From Paramicrosporidium saccamoebae KSL3 (taxonomy: Eukaryota > Fungi > Cryptomycota), in the NCBI GenBank assembly GCA_002794465.1, contig MTSL01000206.1, forward strand, positions 1 to 32,000: a stretch of DNA of 32,000 nucleotides, in the 5' to 3' direction. Positions 28,191 through 32,000 of this stretch are shown here, one piece after another. The position numbers and the translations under genes are program-made. A model generated the notes under the pieces. The model was not told the DNA's origin. It made no database searches and saw only the letters and a program-made list of their open reading frames with translations. Position 1 is the stretch's first letter; every line of letters begins with the position of its first letter.

Positions 28191-29462
28191 TTATAAATCA
28201 TGTTCTGTATCTGGATAGCGTTGGATGTAGTCCTCCTTGGGGATGAACATGGCACCAATCTGTCGACCTCCAAACCATCGTCCGCCCAAGGAGGAAACGA
28301 CTCCCTGCGCCGAATCACACGATCCAAAACGGAGGAAAACATCACCCTCTGCCGTTTTGGGCACGTGCAGATGGATTACTCGTCCAAACTTGGAACACTC
28401 CTCACGCACCTCGTCGGCAATTTCTACCTCCCAATCAGGGGCCGTCTCTACAGAGGGATCATACATGTACTGGAGGAGCACACAGGGTGAAGGACGGGTA
28501 GAGGCTAATCCCTTAAGCGCCGAAGTGTCTTTTGCCTGACGCAATAGCAAATCCATACCATCCTCATCATCCTCCAAATAGTCGCGTGTTGATGGTTTGG
28601 GCACCGTCTCTGGCGCTGCCTCTCGCAACTGAATCCGCATTGGACGTCCTGCCAATTCAAAGCCATTCATTTTGTCGCTTGCTTGGCGGGCGTCATGTTG
28701 GTCCCGGAAATAGATGGTTGCACTGGCTCGGGATGCATCTTCTCGCGTCACCTGCACAAAGGTAATATCACCAAACGGCTGGAAGACACGCCGCAAGTCT
28801 TGTTCCGTTATGCTTGCGCTCAGATTCCCAACTGACAAGTTAAAGACAGAGTGCTTCTGTGCCAATTTGTCCATCCGCACTGCCATGGCAGCCTCCTCGG
28901 CAATTCGATTCTTTTCCGTTTCTGTCAGCTCCACAATGATAGGAATGCCCAATAGCTTCTTCCCCGTCAAAGCCACCGCCTCCGGTACGCTTTCCTCCTC
29001 AAAAAACTCCACATAGGCCACGCCCTTGGACCGACGTGACACTTTGTCAAAGACTATTCGTACGTCACGCACCCGTCCCACTGATTCACAAAACTCTTTC
29101 AGTTCCCGCGGCTCTAAACGCTGAGCAAGTTGGCGACAGAATACAGTCCGACGGTCCCGTTGAGACTCTGTCAGCAACGACGGCATAATATGTTCCGGTT
29201 CGTGGGAGGAGCGTCCATGCTGTAATTTCCTAGAAGGTGAGGGTGAACGCGAATAGCGTCGTCGATGTCTAGATGGTGAACGTGAGCGTGAACGGCGTCG
29301 ACTGTTATAGTGTTGGCTGCTAGAGTGATGGCTGCTACGATAATGACTACTACGATGGTGACTGTCATGACTCCGTCCCTCTTCTTTCCTTACACTTCCT
29401 CGCTCTTCATGTTTCCTAAAGGGTGCCTCTAGCAAGGCCTCAATATCCAGCTCGTCCGTCAT
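28191..29462 (-). CDS. RBM39: Splicing factor RBM39/CAPER (Rsd1-like), 423 aa
   Basis: MTDELDIEALLEAPF start, RS domain, RRM1 (RDRRTVFCRQL...RSKGVAYVEF), RRM2 (MNGFELAGRPMRI) and C-terminal UHM (VREECSKFG...GRWFGGRQI). Confidence 0.95.
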   Translation of the reverse strand: MTDELDIEALLEAPFRKHEERGSVRKEEGRSHDSHHRSSHYRSSHHSSSQHYNSRRRSRSRSPSRHRRRYSRSPSPSRKLQHGRSSHEPEHIMPSLLTESQRDRRTVFCRQLAQRLEPRELKEFCESVGRVRDVRIVFDKVSRRSKGVAYVEFFEEESVPEAVALTGKKLLGIPIIVELTETEKNRIAEEAAMAVRMDKLAQKHSVFNLSVGNLSASITEQDLRRVFQPFGDITFVQVTREDASRASATIYFRDQHDARQASDKMNGFELAGRPMRIQLREAAPETVPKPSTRDYLEDDEDGMDLLLRQAKDTSALKGLASTRPSPCVLLQYMYDPSVETAPDWEVEIADEVREECSKFGRVIHLHVPKTAEGDVFLRFGSCDSAQGVVSSLGGRWFGGRQIGAMFIPKEDYIQRYPDTEHDL

Positions 29463-29684
29463 AGGATCACTGTGACAATGGCCAGGGTGAGGGCATTTCA
29501 ACATTAGTTCTAATCATTCCGAATTCGACCCAAAAACCCAGCATCCAGTATGCAGAGTTGATTTCTCAACCTTTGGCTGTATAAAAGGATGGCGTAATAT
29601 TAACCATTTGGTCGATCGGTGATTTGCGCAGGATTGGGATATGAACGTCGGCCTTTAAGACATTGCGGACGAGGGAATGGTTCA

Positions 29685-30443
29685 ATGCACTTATTGTCAC
29701 TAGTTTCTAATTCAGCACTACTGGGCTTCACATTATTGAGCTCTACTTTTGCTGCCCGCATCAGACATGGAAAGACTGTCTCCGAGACTGACAAGTCTAC
29801 TAAAGTGTCCACTTCTTCGACTGATAGTGGGGAGCCTGTCGCCGTTTTGCTCGGTTGGAAAATTGACAAGAACCACAGTTTCACCAAGGGCGAGTGCCCG
29901 TTCAAAAAATGCAAGTACGATGCCAAAGTGTGTCCGTTCAAGCAAATTCCAAAGGAGTATGAGAGTAATTGTCCCATTCTGTCCGCTGCTGCTGATGGAA
30001 GGATGAACAAAAATTGTCCGTTCCTCAATAGCAAGTCGGAGAGAAAGAAATCAACCCTAAGCAAATCGGATCGCCAATCTCGCAATCCTGAGTCGGCCCA
30101 GGCCGGCGATGGAAAGCAACGCTCTACGAAAAGGAAGGAAACAAAGCACGTTGGCGAGAAGAAGGCAAAGAAGCATTCGGCTGACAAAAACCCAAAAGGT
30201 GACAAGTGTCCCGACAACTTGAATAGTAACAAGTGTGACAAAAATTTAAAGAGTGGAAAGTGCACTGGAAATTCAAAAAGTAACAAAAAGCGCACAGAAT
30301 ATCCAAAGGCCACCAAGGTCCTGTTATCAGCAACTAATTCATCGTCGTCAAAATCTTTAGTAAGCTCCATCAGATCATCCTCATATTCCGCCAATGAATT
30401 ATCGAGATCATCATCATCATCATCCTCACTCTTTTCTCTCTAA
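29685..30443 (+). CDS. Unknown Lys/Ser-rich protein with 8 Cys and a predicted signal peptide, 252 aa
   Basis: ATG 29685 starts MHLLSLVSNSALLGFTLLSSTFA; TATAAAA at 29580; CPF/CPI/CPD repeats. An antisense ORF of similar length exists, so the coding strand is not certain. Confidence 0.6.
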   Translation: MHLLSLVSNSALLGFTLLSSTFAARIRHGKTVSETDKSTKVSTSSTDSGEPVAVLLGWKIDKNHSFTKGECPFKKCKYDAKVCPFKQIPKEYESNCPILSAAADGRMNKNCPFLNSKSERKKSTLSKSDRQSRNPESAQAGDGKQRSTKRKETKHVGEKKAKKHSADKNPKGDKCPDNLNSNKCDKNLKSGKCTGNSKSNKKRTEYPKATKVLLSATNSSSSKSLVSSIRSSSYSANELSRSSSSSSSLFSL

Positions 30444-30952
30444 TTCTGAATTAAGTAAACGCGCCATTTGACTACCAGGATAAACTCGAGACTACTACTC
30501 TAATCCAAAAGCTATAGCCAACAAGTTTTGTTGTGGCACTCTACTTCGTTTCGAGCCATCATAAGAATTATTCCAATATCAACATTGGTGATGCCATCAA
30601 AGCCGATCACAACGTCCCATTAGCAGTCCCACTCTCCTGCGAGTCAAAAGCACTCCCACAGCCTTTGCGTTTCCCTTTATGACACTCCAAAGCAATGCTA
30701 CCTCTCTAACCAGCCACCTTGGACGCTACACAATTTAATATCGGTTGATTTCATCGATGGGCTCCCTGAATTAATTTCCCAATCAACTAGGGGGCTTCCA
30801 GTCTATTCGATGATACTTTGTAAGACAGGCTCTTTCTAATTCATATTTGCCAAAACATTGCATCAAGCGCACAGTGACATGTCACAGAAACGGTGAATGC
30901 TACTTAAATCGCAAAATAAGCCATCCGACCGGCGCCCCCTGGTCTAGACACC

Positions 30953-32000
30953 ATGGCCTGCAGCATTTTACGTCTGTGTGGTTTCCTCCTCGTTCATGTG
31001 TCAGTAGTGGCAGCCTCGGATTCTCTCGATATCTTTGATTTTCCCCAAAACTACGAGTCTCTATTATATCATACGAGGCAAGTGCCTGAGGCTGAATGGC
31101 CATCCAATTTCATCATGTCGCTGTACACGACAGCTGATGCTATCTCTTCGTTAAAGACAGGGGACATGTCAGTTCTAAGCTCTCTTGCCTCAAAAGGCAC
31201 AGAATGGCTGCCTGAGGAGGAGCTGGTGGCGTTTATTTTTGAGAACAATCTTTGCGACGCGCTAGAACTTTTATTAAAAAGGTGTTTCAAATTCCAGCCA
31301 TCAGTGGAGAACTTGGATGCTGCCGCGGAGAAGGGCCATGTGGAGATGCTTAAAATAACTGCGACTAACTGTCCAATGGCTCGCCCCTCTGCAATTGGGA
31401 TCGATCGCGCAATAATTGCAGGCCATGTAGCCATCATGCAGCTGATTGCCGCAAAGACTCCAAACTACTTCAACTACCACCAAGAAGCTCTAGATGCTGC
31501 CCGACGGGGCCATTTGGATATTCTCAAATGGATATCTGAAGCCAAGGGCATACTTCCTTCGTATCTTGGCATCAGCCATGCTGCCTTGTCAGGGCATTTG
31601 GAAGTTGTTGAATGGCTCTTTGGTAAGAATCCACACATTCTTCCCACCCTTCTCTCCATTGAAGCCGCAGCACAAAATAAGCATTACAAAGTTGTGCAAT
31701 GGTATTCTGAAAACCGTAGAACACTCCCTGCCATTCATCATTTTGTTGTCAACGGGCTGTTCGGCATTGCTGATTGGTTGCATTCCAAATCTGATGGAAA
31801 CTATCCAAACCAGGGTACTATTAATGAAGCGTTTATAAAGGGAGATGTCCAAATCATTTCATGGTTATCACGCAAGCGCCCCGAAATAGGCCCAGATTCA
31901 CGTTCTATTTTGGATGCGGTTAAGAGGGGGCACGAAGCATCCCTAATTTGGCTGCTTCAGAATAGCCCCAAATGCCTATTGGTGCCACAAGTCATTGACG
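30953..32000 (+). CDS. Ankyrin-repeat protein with a predicted signal peptide, 3' end outside the window (>349 aa)
   Basis: Hand-translated with no stop from ATG 30953 to the window end: MACSILRLCGFLLVHVSVVAA, then LDAAAEKGHVEMLK, IDRAIIAGHVAIMQ, LDAARRGHLDILKWI, SHAALSGHLEVVEWL, EAAAQNKHYKVVQWY, EAFIKGDVQIISWL, DAVKRGHEASLIWL. Absent from the ORF track, presumably because it has no stop in the window. Confidence 0.88.
   Translation, partial: MACSILRLCGFLLVHVSVVAASDSLDIFDFPQNYESLLYHTRQVPEAEWPSNFIMSLYTTADAISSLKTGDMSVLSSLASKGTEWLPEEELVAFIFENNLCDALELLLKRCFKFQPSVENLDAAAEKGHVEMLKITATNCPMARPSAIGIDRAIIAGHVAIMQLIAAKTPNYFNYHQEALDAARRGHLDILKWISEAKGILPSYLGISHAALSGHLEVVEWLFGKNPHILPTLLSIEAAAQNKHYKVVQWYSENRRTLPAIHHFVVNGLFGIADWLHSKSDGNYPNQGTINEAFIKGDVQIISWLSRKRPEIGPDSRSILDAVKRGHEASLIWLLQNSPKCLLVPQVID

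Noticed and set aside
30590-30720. Minus-strand fragment EVALLWSVIKGNAKAVGVLL resembling one ankyrin repeat
   Set aside because: Short, bounded by stops, no start codon or second repeat; cannot be told from chance.
1-32000. Prokaryotic or viral interpretation implied by the GTG/TTG starts in the ORF track
   Set aside because: Frame-restoring spliceosomal introns and kinetochore, ERMES and spliceosome genes show nuclear eukaryotic DNA; starts were reassigned to ATG.

Overview
Gene-dense eukaryotic DNA from a compact, fungus-related genome. Evidence: 12 reconstructed GT-AG introns of only 29-36 nt, fungal-type MDM12 and Spc105, plus KIF15 and RBM39. A Rozellomycota/Cryptomycota-like intracellular parasite is my inference, not a proven assignment. 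Housekeeping genes: SNM1/PSO2, tRNA-Ser(AGA), MDM12, UAP1, SPC105/KNL1, pyruvate kinase, eIF4E, KIF15-type kinesin-12, BUD13, COX10, RBM39. Between SPC105 and pyruvate kinase (about 8.56-19.1 kb) is an accessory island of two membrane-protein families I do not recognise. Family A has 4 TM helices, an internal duplication, 4 intact copies and 2 pseudogenes. Family B has 3 TM helices and a Cys-rich finger, with 1 intact copy and 1-2 pseudogenes here and 2 more decayed copies at the window start. B genes lie head-to-head with A genes, and the island looks like a duplicated ~5 kb block whose breakpoint captured the 3' end of SPC105. Other highlights: a perfect 25-bp hairpin, an eIF4E with an RGG/RD tail, a signal-peptide ankyrin-repeat gene missed by the ORF track, a Lys/Cys-rich putatively secreted protein, and a candidate small ORF with an RRNAI motif. 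All family and domain calls are from reading motifs by eye; no searches were run.
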